Source: Podarcis tiliguerta
Taxonomy: Eukaryota
Strand: one strand, 5' to 3'
DNA: 64,000 nt
NCBI GenBank assembly: GCA_965153285.1
Contig: OZ229111.1
Within the stretch, counting starts at the first letter, position 1; the number at the start of each line of letters is the position of its first letter. The notes under the pieces were generated by a model. That model did not search any database. It was not told where the DNA came from and saw nothing but the letters and a program-made list of their open reading frames with translations. Below are positions 49,780 to 63,174 of this stretch, piece after piece. The translations under genes were made by a program, and so were the position numbers.

Positions 49780-51549
49780 GAGCACTTCTGCAAGAATTCA
49801 GCCCAAGATGTATATTGTGAGGTAATAAATTATGGGGAGTCAGAGAAACCAGCTTAAAAAGTTTTTAAAACAGAAATGTGTTAAAACAACAACAAACTCC
49901 TTATAAAGCCTGGTGAAAGTCTTTCTGAGTACATGAAACATAAAAGAGAGTGTTTCTTGTTGAATTCTAGTGCCTGGTGTCCAGCTACTTTCATAGACAG
50001 ATTTATTGTACTCAAACATTAAAGTATTTTTGTTAATGTCCTAATACATTAATACTTTAACTATGCCAATAGTTGGTGAAATAAACCAAATATGTTTTGA
50101 CCCAACAATTTTAGCTTAAAATGGGATCAGTCTGTTGAGTCATGGAAAGCTCAAATCAAAATGCTGGGTTTGTTGGTTTGTTTGTTTGTCTTTAAACACT
50201 TAATACTAATAAAGAGTCACTGTATGGTTTTACCCTCTTGATCAAGATGTTACTCCTTCTGACGACTTTTGGGGGGCCAGACATGGCTTTGTAATGGTTT
50301 TGATTGTACTTTTAAACTAGTTTTGTTTTAATAGCTTTGTTTTAAGTTTATTTCTGAACTACCTTGGATCCCGCCCCCTTTAAAGCAGAATTTTTAAATA
50401 AAAAATAATGACTATCCGAAAAGACACTTGCTATACTGTTATCCACTATCCTATATTTTTATTTTCTTCTTTTCTTTACATATGATACTTTGTCTTTCTT
50501 CAATCTCATTTTAATGAGATCAAGCAGCTACTGAGAAAAGAACTTTTGTTCTGAAGAGTCTGATACTTAAGGTAAATGTTAATTGACATCACCAGGGGAA
50601 AATCCAAGTCAGGCAATTCAGTACTGGAGGAAATCTTAAATTATAATGTGTGAACAGAGAAAAGCCTCATTGCAAAGGAATATGTGGTCTCTTTTGAGTT
50701 CTGTGAATCCATATTTAAACCTTAGAGATACATGAACTGCTAAGCCAAACTGCCACCCTTTGAGAGTCAATACATGTGTATATGTCATTTATTCATAAAT
50801 CTCTTGATTACAGCCAGAGCCCTTTTCAAATGTTTTATAGTGTGTTAAATGAAATTGAATCAGAGGGGCAACTCTGTGGTGAAAGTCCCCACCCCAAATC
50901 CGTGTGCATCCGGTGTAAGATCTGAACATATTCTCATCTGTACAGTTTCCTTGGGCATCTTAGTGTGGAAAGACAGGGTGCACACTAACTTTGTTGTTGT
51001 TGTTGTTGTTGTTAAAAACTGCAAATGCAAAGACCTCTCACTCTGTGTTCAACAAGGCTGCTTTTCCAGGGTTCCCAACCATGCAGAGAGAGTTCTCTGA
51101 GCACAACATTATATAATCAGGACCATTTTTAGACATTACAAATATTGTGATGATACACATCCCACCATGTGCATTAATTACACCTGAAAAGGGCTCAAAT
51201 ATCTGAATAGACTTTACTGAAAAGCATGAATAAGAATAATTAACTAAAATGATGCTTGTGCTGTTTTTAAATCAGCCCCTGAGTGATGTGGAATATTGTT
51301 TTGAAGGTATTTTTTAAAAGGACAGTTATTTGAGCTTGGGAACTTTGATGGAGATTTGTCAGCAGAATATAGGTGACGGTGCTTGGGATATAATGCATGG
51401 TGAGAACTTTGTCAGTTACATAATTTATGCGCTTACAAGGACCTCTGTTCTTGTTGTTTGTACTGCTAAGGTTGTGCAGCAAAGTTGTGTCCACATAGGG
51501 TGTCTGAGTTTTGTAAGTTTTTGATGATTAGTTTGTGTTTGTGTGACAT

Positions 51550-52266
51550 ATCAATGGGTTTATTAATAGGTGATGCCTGTATCACCTGATTCACTTTAAA
51601 GCAAAAACTAGCCTAACACACAGCCACTATGCCATCCAAAAACCTCCACTGAAGTCAAGAAATCCCATCCTTGGGATGTGAGCTATTAAAATCCACTGCA
51701 GGAACCATGCAGCCGAGCCCTTCCTCTTGAATTCCTGGTAGCAACAGGCTCTGTATGCTGGAAAGAGTTAAGCAGGAGTCTGTTGATATTTCAGAGCTGC
51801 TCCGAACCCCTGCAGTCAGAGGGAGGGAAGCTCTTGATTGGCCAAGTTCCTGTTGGTAGTAATAGCGGATCAGATATCAAACTTCTGTCTTTCCTAAAGA
51901 CCCTTTAGGGATAGTCTGCTCCCCGCTAGACTATGACATCAGTCAGGACACCCGGTGATGTTGCTGATAGTAAACTCTGAGAAAGGAGGGGAGGGTGGGA
52001 TAGAAAGGAGGGGTCTGCTAGCTAAAAGTTAATTAGCCCAACACAGTGCAAGGGCATACAGTAGGCTTTCGCGGAGGGTCAGTGCTGGATGGGACCAAAC
52101 CTTTCCTGAGTTACACTTCTGCTGCTTTCTGCAATCACCTAGACTCCAAGGGAGGGCTAGATGAATTGTGATTCATTGGTCGTGATCAGCTTCTCTTCTT
52201 GGAGCCAGTTAATGGTTTGAGCGTTGAGGGGCTTTCTGGCACTGGGAATTATCACAAGGCATCACC
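51550..52266 (+). promoter_or_regulatory. MYOCD: Probable MYOCD proximal promoter and 5' UTR (TSS not determinable)
   Basis: Repeat-free and directly upstream of the ATG. Contains NKE-like CACTTTA (51592-51598), an inverted CCAAT (gattggcc near 51836-51843), TGACATCA near 51934 and a G-rich tract near 51985-52015. Confidence 0.6.
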
Positions 52267-52321
52267 ATGACACTTCTGGGGTCTGAGCATTCTATGCTGA
52301 TTCGGAGCAAATTCAGATCAG
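52267..52321 (+). CDS. MYOCD: Myocardin coding exon 1 (MTLLGSEHSMLIRSKFRS + 1 nt, phase 1)
   Basis: caccATGA start context. The translation matches the recalled N-terminus of mammalian myocardin (MTLLGSEHSLLIRSKFRS) with one substitution. Canonical donor CAG|gtaggg. 55 coding nt, in phase with exon 2. Confidence 0.96.
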
Positions 52322-54894
52322 GTAGGGCTAACTCGGCAAGAATTTCTCCTAAAACTTTTCTCTACTACAAGCCTCAGCTGGAGGCTGTTTCTTATTAAGC
52401 AGCATGCAAGTAAAATAACCAGGGAGTCGTAAAGCTGTCATGGGCTCGCTCTCACAGAGGCTACTCTGCAAATGAAGAAATGCGTTTTCCTTTCTGTCTG
52501 CTCCCTCTCTTTCTGCTCTTTCCCTACTTACAATTTATGTCTGTGGCGTAGCTTACTAAAAAACAAACAAACCCAAACGCTCTACAATTCTGAGTTCTCA
52601 ACATATTTGAATGAGAACTGAACCAAAAATCCATAAGGGCTGTTATGACAAGCAGTAGATCTCCTCCCATCCATACAAGTCAGATGCTGTCCTGTATATC
52701 CTAGCCTTGATGCTTTACTCCAGCATCCAGGCAGCCAGCCTTAGGGTTCTGTGACTAATTGGACAAACATGAATTTGCAGAAAGACATCGATTTTTTTTT
52801 TTAGAAGTACAAAAAACAAATGGAACATGCAAAGTATTTAAAATGACATCACCAGAGAAATATAGCTAGCGCCAAACAACTGATTGCCATTTTCTAAAGC
52901 TTTGCAACAAAAAAACATGTACCAGATCTCCAGAGTGTGTTGAAGCCCCATTAGGGGCGTCTTCTTTGAGGACATCCAACGTGAATAAAGGTGAGTAATG
53001 GTGAATAAAGGCAGGAGACAGTCACATAGAAATCAGTCCTATTGCAAGCTTAGGGTCACAGCAACTTTAGATAAATTCAGCATTGTATAGTGTGTGTTCT
53101 TGTGTGCATGCTTGTGTTTATACGTTATTCTTATTGGGTTTGGCTATACCAATTATTATTTTAAATTTCATTCTTTTCTTGTCATCCGAGTTGTTGCTGC
53201 GTGCATCCAGTGAATGTACTGCATAATCACGTTCTCCTGTATGTTTCACCCATTCCAGAATGTCACCCACTCAGCTTGGGGAAGGGTGGCGGTTTTTGAT
53301 CTCTAGTACACCAGAGATAACGAGAAGATCAGAAACTTATCGTACTGTTGCTAATCCACTAGGGTTTTATGAAGACGTTTGAGGCAGCTGGGTGGTCATT
53401 TGTAGTGTTTGCTTAGAAAATATAAAATTGGCAGCTAGTTGAAAACTCCAGAGTTGTATGTACAAATGAAGAGACTCTGGCTGGCTGGGGTTCTACACAG
53501 TTTGGGTCCAGTACTTTGCTGTGGTTTCTCTATCACTGTAATCACATTTCATGAGAATAAGTCATTCCTCAGAATCCATTGGTGTATTATGGTAATGGTA
53601 CAGTGCCATTCACTGGAAAGAAGAGGGCTTGCTCTCTAACCCAGTAATCCCAAAGCAATACTGCCACCTTCCTGAAGTGAGGAGGACACAAGGGGGATGG
53701 TTCTCCAGGCCATTGCATTCTTTTACAGTGAGCCAGTATTGTTTTTAAGACTCATTTCGGTGTTATTTTTAAAGACGGGGTGTTGGGGGTTGAGAGATTA
53801 CAGAGTTGATGGTAGGATCGCATATTTTTCAAATGATTCTAGGCTAAAAGTAAACTTTATGACTCTTTTAGTCCCATAAATTTTGTTTCTTTTAGAGTTT
53901 CTAACAGAGTCGCTTTGTAGGGGCACTCTTCCAATCTCTTTCCCACATTTTAATTACCACCTCTTTGTCTTGGGGTGAAGACATACAGGGTGCTGTTGTG
54001 ACTGTTACCCATCTTACGTTTTCTTGTAAGTAGAAACCTGTCCACATTGATCCTTACAGTTAGCATTTTAGAATATTAGTATAGCACTAAAAATGGGGCC
54101 ACAGCAGCAGCAGGAAACGGTTAGAATCCCAAGGATATTTCCATAGACTCCCAAGCTACAGGGCAGATGTGTTTGAGGGTCACTTGCATATTGAGTGCGA
54201 TAAACTGAAAAGTGTTAATTTAAATAAAGGGTTTAAACATAAGAGCATCTTTGCTCTGGTGTCTCTTGCATGATACACATGGTGATCAAACACTAACCTT
54301 GATGTTTAAAGAGGATAGACCTTAGCTGCAGCATGGAAATAGAGCACAGGTCCTTCATGTCGATTTCTACTTCATCCCAAATTTTCCAAAATGGAATTGT
54401 AGCACTACATAAGCAGAATGCTTGTTGCGTATAGTACTTTGTATAACAAATATAGTCAGTATATGAATTTCCTACCACTGTGTTTGGTGGGGATTACTCC
54501 CCAAAAAGTGTACGTAGGAGAGCAGCCTTTGTTTGAGGTACAGGTGGGAAGTTGTCGCTAGCGTTAACCATTGTAGGTGACAAAAATTATGGTTTCTGTA
54601 TGCACAGTTACCGTACATAAAATGTATGATACAGTATCATAGACTTACTATCATGGACTATTTCTACTGCCAATATAAATGATACATAAACGTCCTACAT
54701 GAGAATATCGGCAATGAATGTATACAGACTGAAATAAGCCATTAGCCGTGGTTCTTTCATCAGTTCAGGCGTGTACATTGCAATCCTACCTCCGGTGACC
54801 TATTTAGAGCACGTACTGAGGACCTCCTTTGAATTATAGTTTGGAGACCTGCGAATATTACCATGATCTTCATCCAAGGACGTAACCATTTTCT

Positions 54895-55240
54895 TGTAAG
54901 CTTTGGTAACCTTTCAGCTCAAACTACTGTATTGCGCTATGTAGGCGTCTGCCTTAAGACTTCTGTTGCTTTAAAATGTAGCAGCTCACCTAGTCTGGGG
55001 CTGATCACAGAGCTGCCATGCCACTAATTCTAGGTGAGCTCTGCATGTTACCTACATGTTTCCTGGCCAAATTCAAAGTGTTGATTGTGACATTTAGAAA
55101 CCTACACGGTCCTGGCATTTTTAAGGGAATGTTTCCCCCCATATTTACCTGTCCCTGGAATTAGGCTAAAGTGGAAAAATGCTGCTTCAGTTGCCACCAT
55201 CTTCTGGGGTAATGTTGTCCCCTACCAAGCATAAGGCTTT
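54895..55240 (+). mobile_element. Degenerate L2 ORF2 fragment
   Basis: gctttggtaacc...actactgtattgcgct...aaattcaaagtgttgattgtgacatttagaaaccta. Confidence 0.65.
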
Positions 55241-55583
55241 ATCTAGCCTCGTTCACACATCACAGTGAGCCGAATTATAGCTTACTAGGATCACAGAAAC
55301 ACATAGGCACTTGTAAAGGAGCTCACTTGCACTTTCCTCCTCACCAATTTTTTTTTTTTACTCCCATAACACACTGAAATAAGCCATGGTTTGGCTTAGC
55401 ACGTAACCCGATTTCGGGCCCTTGGTTACGCTCTCTCCTTGCTAACCAGATGTTGCAGCCAAGGTTTGCACTTGTGCTTTCAAATTGATAGCAGTATAGT
55501 TTTAATGAATGTTGCAAGCTGTTTTGCATGCCTATAACTGAAAAAGTGTGTTGTTCTAACAGCAAGTAAATAAAACAAAGTAT

Positions 55584-55928
55584 AAGGTAAAGGTAAAGGG
55601 ACCCCTGACCATTAGGTCCAGTCGTGGCCGACTCTGGGGTTGCGGCGCTCATCTCGCTTTTTGGCCGAGGGAGCCGGCGTACAGCTTCTGGGTCATGTGG
55701 CCAGCACGACTAAGCCACTTCTGGCGAACCAGAGCAGCGCACGGAAACACCATTTACCTTCCCGCCAGAGCGGTACCTATTTATCTACTTGCACTTTGAC
55801 GTGCTTTCGAACTGCTAGGTTGGCAGGAGCAGGGACCGAGCAACGGGAGCTCACCCCGTTGCGGGGATTGAAACCGCCGACCTTCTGATCAGCAAGCCCA
55901 AGGCTCTGTGGTTTAACCCACAGCGCCA
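55584..55928 (-). mobile_element. Near full-length Sauria SINE in MYOCD intron 1
   Basis: Tail aaggtaaaggtaaagggacccctgacc and tRNA-like head ...ggtttaacccacagcgcca. CpGs are well preserved, suggesting a young copy. Confidence 0.92.
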
Positions 55929-58900
55929 TAGTTTTTCATATAATCACAGGTTGCATACATGCCATACATTTAAAGCACCTTCACCCCCCAAAAAATAGAA
56001 TCCTGGGAACTGTTGTTTACGCCTAACAGAAATTCCCAGCACTCTTACCTTTGGGAGGAAATGTGCTTTACAGAGTTGGAAGGGTTCTCAAAGGTAAACT
56101 AGTCCAACTCTATTACTAATCATTCCCACTAGATGGTCATCCAGCCTGCTCTTTTGCATAGCGTTCCGCCGGGGTGGGGGCGGGGGGATAAGACTTGTTT
56201 ACATTGAAAACTTGCGCCTTCAAGTGAAACTTATGGTAAAACAAGCCACTGCTCTGAGTGGAGTATAAATCTAATATGTCAAAAATCTTCAGCGATGTTG
56301 CAGGCATGTTCTCCCCTCCCACTTCCTTCTGAGTTAAGAGACTAGGATTTGTGTGTATGTTTATTTTGTCTATTTTACCAAAGATAAATACACAAACCTG
56401 AGGTCATCCTGACAAATTCCACAGAAACAATGATTCTTTTTGCCTGCCTTCCAAATATCAATGGAATTGCCTTAAATCAAATAGGACAAAGCACGAGGGG
56501 TTGGCCCAAGAATTCTCTTGCTAAGTGTTTAACTCTTCCCAGGAAACACTATCCATGGCATTGTGTCTCCAAAAAATACAAATCCATATGTTATTGGAGT
56601 GCTGTAAATGGAAGTCATTAAACTCCTTTAGAAGTCATCTCTCACTTGCTTGGCCATCAGTGAGGGGACAGGTTGGGTAAGTTGCCACAATCTGATTGGC
56701 TGCATAAGGAAATGTCACTTCCCAGGCCCACTGCCTCAGCCTTACTGGGTAACTTCAGAGATGGGGCTCCAGAGTCTAGCATAAAATAGCTGGAGAATCT
56801 TAAAAGTTCTACTGAAAAATGATTGTTTGTTGGAAGTGATACTTGATGGTTTGTAGATAACAGAGATCTCTGACTTCCAGTGGAGCCATAATGGGAAAAG
56901 TGGGTGAGTTGGGCCACTGGTATATCAATAACTTAGTGTTGATGGCTCAAGAGCATCAAGATAGTGAAATGTTGAAATGAAATGAGTCTGGGTGTTACTG
57001 GTGTCTTATGCTATGAATCCCATTTTGCACAATGCAGACTAGGAGTCCAGGGCTGGCCGAGAGTGTTTTGTGCCCCAGAACTTGTAATTGCAAAAGATAC
57101 GAGGTGCAATTTGTTTTCGTATGGAGAGCTGCTCTGCTCAAAGCAGCACAAGAGTCCATATTTACTGCTTCTGCCTGGTTTGAGTGACCCTTAAATTGCA
57201 AAATCCCAGGTGTCTACCTGTATGATAGAGTTGCTCTCCCATGCTCATCTTCAAGTGCAACAGATGTGTAAATTATTAAAAAATACCGGTACATCTGTAC
57301 TCCATCTCCTTTAGCCTGAGTATCTATGAGACAGTGGGGAGAGACGTAAGAACTGGAGGTGCTGATTTCATAGTCTAGCAATTCAGATTTGGGTTAAATG
57401 TTAGAGCAAGTGTCTTCTTAAACACCTAGGGTTAATGTAGAGCTTTTGTTTTAAAATTACGAACCTGGTAGGGGATCTTTTAGAAATAAGACGTTGTAGT
57501 TGGAGTAAAGATCCCTCTAATGTTACGGAGAGGAATAATCAATTAAATACAGTATTTGAAGGTTAGAGACATCTGATGAAAAGAATGAGCAACATGTGAA
57601 GTTAAGAGTAAATGCTGTTCTTTCAATTATCACTTTTGGGGTTCTAAAAATCAGAGTTGGTGGTTTTATTTTACACTCTGAATTTCAATAATTATATTTT
57701 TTTTACTGGAATTCTTACTGTAGATTCCCCACACCCCCAGTACATCCTGCCCACTCCTCAAAGTACATTGAGGTCCTCAAGGTAGGCTAAGACTTGTCTG
57801 ATTTTCTTTTTTATCCCCACTTATCTTGTCCATGATTATGTCAGGGTTGTTTCAGATGCTCAAGGAGAAAGACAACCGATTTATAAGGTGTGGAGGGTAT
57901 TGTAGATAATGTAGAAAAGTAGCAGCCATCCCTACATTGCCAAAACTGTAATCTAAGAGGAGGTGCAGCTATTTTTTGGTGGTGGTGAGATGTTGCATAC
58001 ATTACAGGGAGGAATGAAATACACATACTGTAAAGAAGGCAACTGGAATACTGTTCAGGATTTACATACAGATTCTTAAAGATTTCTATTGCTCACCCCA
58101 CAAAAACACACTTACCTCCACCTTCTGACCAATTAAGAAATAACCTCTTGAAGTATTGATAATTCATTCTCTCTTTCAACTGCTGATCTAATAATAGAAG
58201 AATACATAATTTTGAGTGAACGGACAAGGTGAAATTTTTTTGGCCTGTTTGTTTTGTGTACCTCTGGAGCTTATATCAAAGAATTATTGGTCTGCAAGGC
58301 GGTAGATGATTTTCAAACCCAGCCTCTTGCCTCAAAGCAGAAACCTTCATGCCTCAAATATATACATTACTGTAATGGCTATTAGAGATCCTGGGTTTGT
58401 TCATATTAGATTAACAATATACACAAGCATCTTATCTAGGTTCATCCTTTATTATGAGGTGGAGTGTCCAAATTAGTCGCACTTCTTTGACCTAGGAGCA
58501 CCACAAGATCTCTGAGGGATGAAACTAACTGAGCAAAAAGAGTTAATTTGTGCCTTGTTAGCGAACTCCAAATAGCTGTGGATTAAATGTCAGCTGGGCT
58601 TGACCAACTGTACTGCAGCTTTGTTGCTTAGGAGCAAACTTCAAATGTGAGTGACCCATACATTTTACTCCGTACCCAAACACACTGGCAAGTTGCCTTA
58701 GCCAACAGATCTGTGGGGTCAGGCTAACTTCTATGAAGAGATTATGAGTTGATAGCTTAGTGATGCCAGTGTAGCCTGTATTTTTTTCATACTAGAAGCA
58801 ATGAAACAATGATTGCATGCCCTGCCTACTATTTCTGTAACAGCCAGTTTATGTTTGTGAAATAAGCACAGGCCTTGTTTTAAAAACCCATCAGGAAAAA

Positions 58901-59606
58901 GAAGCCAGATCTATAAAGTATTTTCCAGTGGGCATCTTCACAACATGTCCATTCAGTAGTAATTGCCAGTGGTTCATTTGTGGATATAAACAAGGATTCC
59001 ATCTTACTGCTGAAGTGTTATCCACAGTAAGTTTCTACGAAACATCCCTATATGCACTTTATTTAAAAAACAATCAATCGTCTATCATATCGTTGCACTT
59101 ACCTCTTTACCAAATACATACAATATGGAAAAGGCTTTATTCTGGACCTGTGCTTAAATGTTTTTGGTGTTAATTTTCATTGTATCGAAGTACTTGCTAG
59201 TTCTGTTACTAGTTCTGTTGGCTGATAGCACACCTGCTAGTTGAGAGCAGATGAAAGAAAACAGTTCAATGTCTTCCAGTGATTGCTATTTATCCCTATT
59301 TGTCCATTCTTCTTCAGTTGGGTAACTTCTGTATCTTTTTATTGTGGGCCACATTCCCTCAGGAACATTTTCCAAGGGGCTGCATACCAGCAGTGGGTGG
59401 GGCTGGAGTCAGCACTGGGCAGGGTCAGAGCCAAAAATCGATCCCCCTTTCTCTCTTTTTGCCACCCCACTTTCTCTCTTGGTTTTTCCTCTTTTTTGTG
59501 ACTTTTGCTGTTCTTTAGAACACAAACACTGCAAGCAAAATCCCAATCATGAAATTAGGCATTAAATATCAGCTTTATTTTAAAAAAATAAAATCAGTAG
59601 TACCTG

Positions 59607-59741
59607 TAGGGTTGCCATATTTTGAAGAGCAAAAAAAGAGGACACATTTGCAGACTTCTACTTTTAACTATGGATCGCTAGGACAACTCTACCCATGAAA
59701 AAGAAGGCGTGTCCTGGAAAAAAGGACATATGGCAACCCTA
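59607..59741. mobile_element. Short hAT-like MITE
   Basis: Perfect 14-bp TIRs tagggttgccatat and atatggcaacccta; no TSD visible. Confidence 0.75.
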
Positions 59742-59781
59742 ACATTGGAGCAACTCATCTGTAAAAAGAAATGCTTTACAA

Positions 59782-60085
59782 CAGGGGCCAGCAAACTTTT
59801 TTGTCCCTCAGACCTTGTGGAGGGTCAGACTATATTTTTGGGGGGCAGGGATGAATGAATTCCTGTGCCCCACAAATAACCCAGAGATGCATTTTAGATA
59901 AAAGCACACATTCTGCTCATGTAAAAACACCAGGCAAGCCCCACAAACAATCCAGAGATGCATTTTAAATAAAAGGACACATTCTACTCATGTAAAAACA
60001 CGCTGATTCCTGGACCGTCCACAGGCTGGATTTAGAAGGCGACTGGGCCGGATCTGGCCCCTGGGCCTTAGTTTGCCTACCCATG
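59782..60085. mobile_element. hAT (Charlie-like) non-autonomous element with 8-bp TSD
   Basis: Imperfect TIRs caggggccagcaaact and agtttgcctacccatg. TSD ctttacaa at 59774-59781 and 60086-60093. Internal direct duplication of about 65 bp. Confidence 0.9.
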
Positions 60086-61083
60086 CTTTACAACTTTGCA
60101 TTTCAGGCATTTTAAACACCTGGGATTCCAATACTCTGGTGTGTCTTCTTGGGAAGCAAATTCCGTTGAAATTCCTGGGGCCTATTATTTCCAGGGAAAT
60201 GTGTTTAAGGTGCAGATCTGACATTCTTTACCACTGAAATTAAAGGATGTAATTGGATTATGTGGTGGCAGCCATTCATCCAAGCCTGCCTTCCAGACTG
60301 TGGATACTGGGCTTCGCAGCGAACGGGGAGTATTTTGATGCATTTGCAGTTAAGTTTTAGTGGCGTCAAAGCTTTGCATCTGGTTCCTGAGACCACATGA
60401 AACAGGCCATGCTTTCCAAAAAGCCCAGACCTTTGGGAGCTGCCTCTCCCGCCTCTCTATCTCTTTCCTCCCATGTTCTCCTGCCGAAGTGACATCTCTT
60501 AAGTGTGCAAGTTCCTTGACTAGCCCTGATTAAAGCAGCACGCAAACAGATGCTTTAATCCCTCTATAGTGCTAAGTCTGTGCAAGCATAAACAAATCAT
60601 GAGAGCTTTTCAAGAGGGTGCTGGTGCCCCAAGGAAGCCATTTGTCTCCAGTGCTCATTTCTTAGAGATTGTTTGTGGAAATTGGAGGGTTTCCCCACCC
60701 AGTTCCTCAGAGCTTGTTCTGATGAAAAAGACAAGCTTCGTGTTCTTCACAACCCAGTATTGCTGATTTAAAGGCTGAGACCGTCTAACATATCCGAAAG
60801 GTTAAATCTTTGATCCATTAGCTAATTTGTTAAAGGGCTGAATGGTGTCTTTTAAATTATCTGATAAGTCACTAGTACAGGACCTAATTCCAGCAAAGAT
60901 GAGGACATTGCCAACACGAATGAAGCATCAGATGCATTTGAATGGTTATGAAAATCTGACACTATTGTAGATTTCTTTTAAAATACATTTTACATAGAAG
61001 AGAAATGAAATACTCTCTCTCTTTCTCTCTCACTCACACACAAAATGTTTTGTATATCCTATTGAGATAATATGTATTTTTGT

Positions 61084-61119
<36 letters not shown>
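61084..61119. repeat. (CA)n(TA)n microsatellite
   Basis: Seen directly. Confidence 0.95.
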
Positions 61120-63108
61120 CATTCCATTCTTTATATATATATTTCAATGGAAATTTAAAAGGGCAGATTTATATATTAAGTTAAGGGTTTGTTTATATAT
61201 TAAGCTCACCATGTGGAGGCCAGTTTAATCACTCATTGTGGAAATTATGTGGTTAGCCATAATATGCAGTAGCTCTTTGCTTAAGTTGAGATGGGTTTGG
61301 GTTTTTTTGGGGGGGGCGGGTTGTTGCTGATTAAAAGTTCAGTTTTATAGAGATGAAGGGCATTTCCAGATGGGATGTTAATATGCAGGAAAAATGGTTA
61401 TTATTCCACACTTTCTAGTGCAATTATGCTGTTAGTTTTATAACCACTAAAAGTCTGATAAGGAGAAAGTGATAAGAAAAGTGGTGGGAAATTGCACTGG
61501 GAAGTGTTGCATAACAGTCACTGGGGGTATTGGGTTACCTGCACGTGAATGAATGCCAAGTAAGCCGGTGATGTCATATAACTGCCACATATGTTTTGTG
61601 CACACATATGCATGCTAAATAAACAACCACTCTGGAAGCTCACGATCTAAAATTTGGTAACGACACGGTGAAAACCATCCTGTTGCCGTGCAATCCTATG
61701 CATGTTTACTCCAGGTTCCACCATAATGAATTATTCTCTAGGAATTATGACTAAGGTTGCAGCTTTAGAATAGTAAGTCTACATGTACAATATGTGGAGC
61801 AATTTGGATTGGCCTCCTATAGTGACTGTGATGAATAAATTGACCCTCACCTGCTAAATGCCTCATATATCTACAAAGCAGACAAAAGTTTCTTTAGTTT
61901 CCGTCTTCCCTCATCACATTTTTTTTTAATCAAATGTTCAGAATACTGTTAGGTTTGATTTGAAATTTGCGGACATTGGTTGTTGTTTTTATTTGCACCC
62001 CTGATAGATATGTCAGTTCTAGAGACCCAAGGCAAGTGTTTGTTCTCCAGGGCAAGCTAATGATCTGCCAAACACAAGTGGCTCTCCATCGTGCAATGAG
62101 GTGCAAAGAAGGAAGGGCAATCACTGCCCCTACAGCTAGCCTGGCTGCTAGGACTGAAGCAGTAACAGGGGGAGCAGGCTGGACTTCATATATGTCAGAG
62201 GTGTCAAGATTAAGTTGGATTATTTATAGCTGCAGGCAGACCTGTTATGTACATTAGGCCATAGTTTCCTAGACAGTTTTTCATTCTGAGCCACATCCAC
62301 TCATCACTTTCATTAAAATGGGCCAAATCTCAAGAGGATCGATTTCATCCCTACACAAGATGGTGTGCTGGTTTGCTTTTCATTTCAAACTAAATTTTTA
62401 AGAATTTGTTTAAGCTAGAATTTCAGTCCAGTGGATCATCTCCTGGCTGCGCCTGGCAGAGCAAGCATATCTATTGCATATAAAACAAATCCTGTCTACC
62501 TTTTCATGTAAATGTGATCATAGATAATTCATTTTCTTTAACTCCCTTTCCTTCTTTAAGCTAATGGAGCAGCACATATCCGTGTGGACCATGTTTTCCA
62601 GATCTGCAGCAATTTTTTTTTTAACTCTGAGTTGTTTCCTGTGAACTCTAGAATGGAAACTATTGCAAAAGGCTCCTCTTCTTTCAACCCTAAATAACAT
62701 GTGTAGCAGAGAAGCATTTACTCGAAAATCTTAATAAGCAGCACAGTTAGAATAGCTTGATAAATTTTCATCTTTTTGGTAATGTAGTAACATTAGCAAC
62801 TGTGTCTGCTGCGTTATGAAGTTGTTAACGTGGGGGGGGGGGAGGATGGAGAAAGGGAAATGGTCATTTGACCAAACTCCAGGTTAATTGGCTTAGTTTT
62901 AGTAAGATAATAAGAAAGCTGCATTCCAGTAATAGGTCAGATCTACACTGCTGTTGTAACAAGGATGACTCCTTTTTTTGGCATGTGATAGAGATCTGAA
63001 CCTTCCCTCTTTAGCAGCAGAGCGGAAGGTATCTCAGCAAATGAAAAGTTTGGAGTTATTTGTGGCAGAAGTTCGAGGTCCCTTTCTGAAAGATGCACTC
63101 TCTCCCAG

Positions 63109-63174
63109 TTTTACAGTTGCGGCTGCAGCAGCGAAGAAGCCGAGAGCAGCTCGCCAACCAGGGAATCATGCCAC
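63109..63174 (+). CDS. MYOCD: Myocardin coding exon 2 (V-LQLRLQQRRSREQLANQGIMP-P), RPEL motif 1
   Basis: Acceptor ctctctcccag|, donor CAC|gtgagt, 66 nt, phase 1 to 1. G from exon 1 plus TT gives Val. The peptide matches the myocardin/MRTF RPEL1 region, and EQLANQG is the myocardin-type version. Confidence 0.96.

Larger units (their letters stand above)
52322..63108 (+). other. MYOCD: MYOCD intron 1 (about 10.8 kb)
   Basis: GT...AG interval between the two phase-matched coding exons. Confidence 0.88.
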
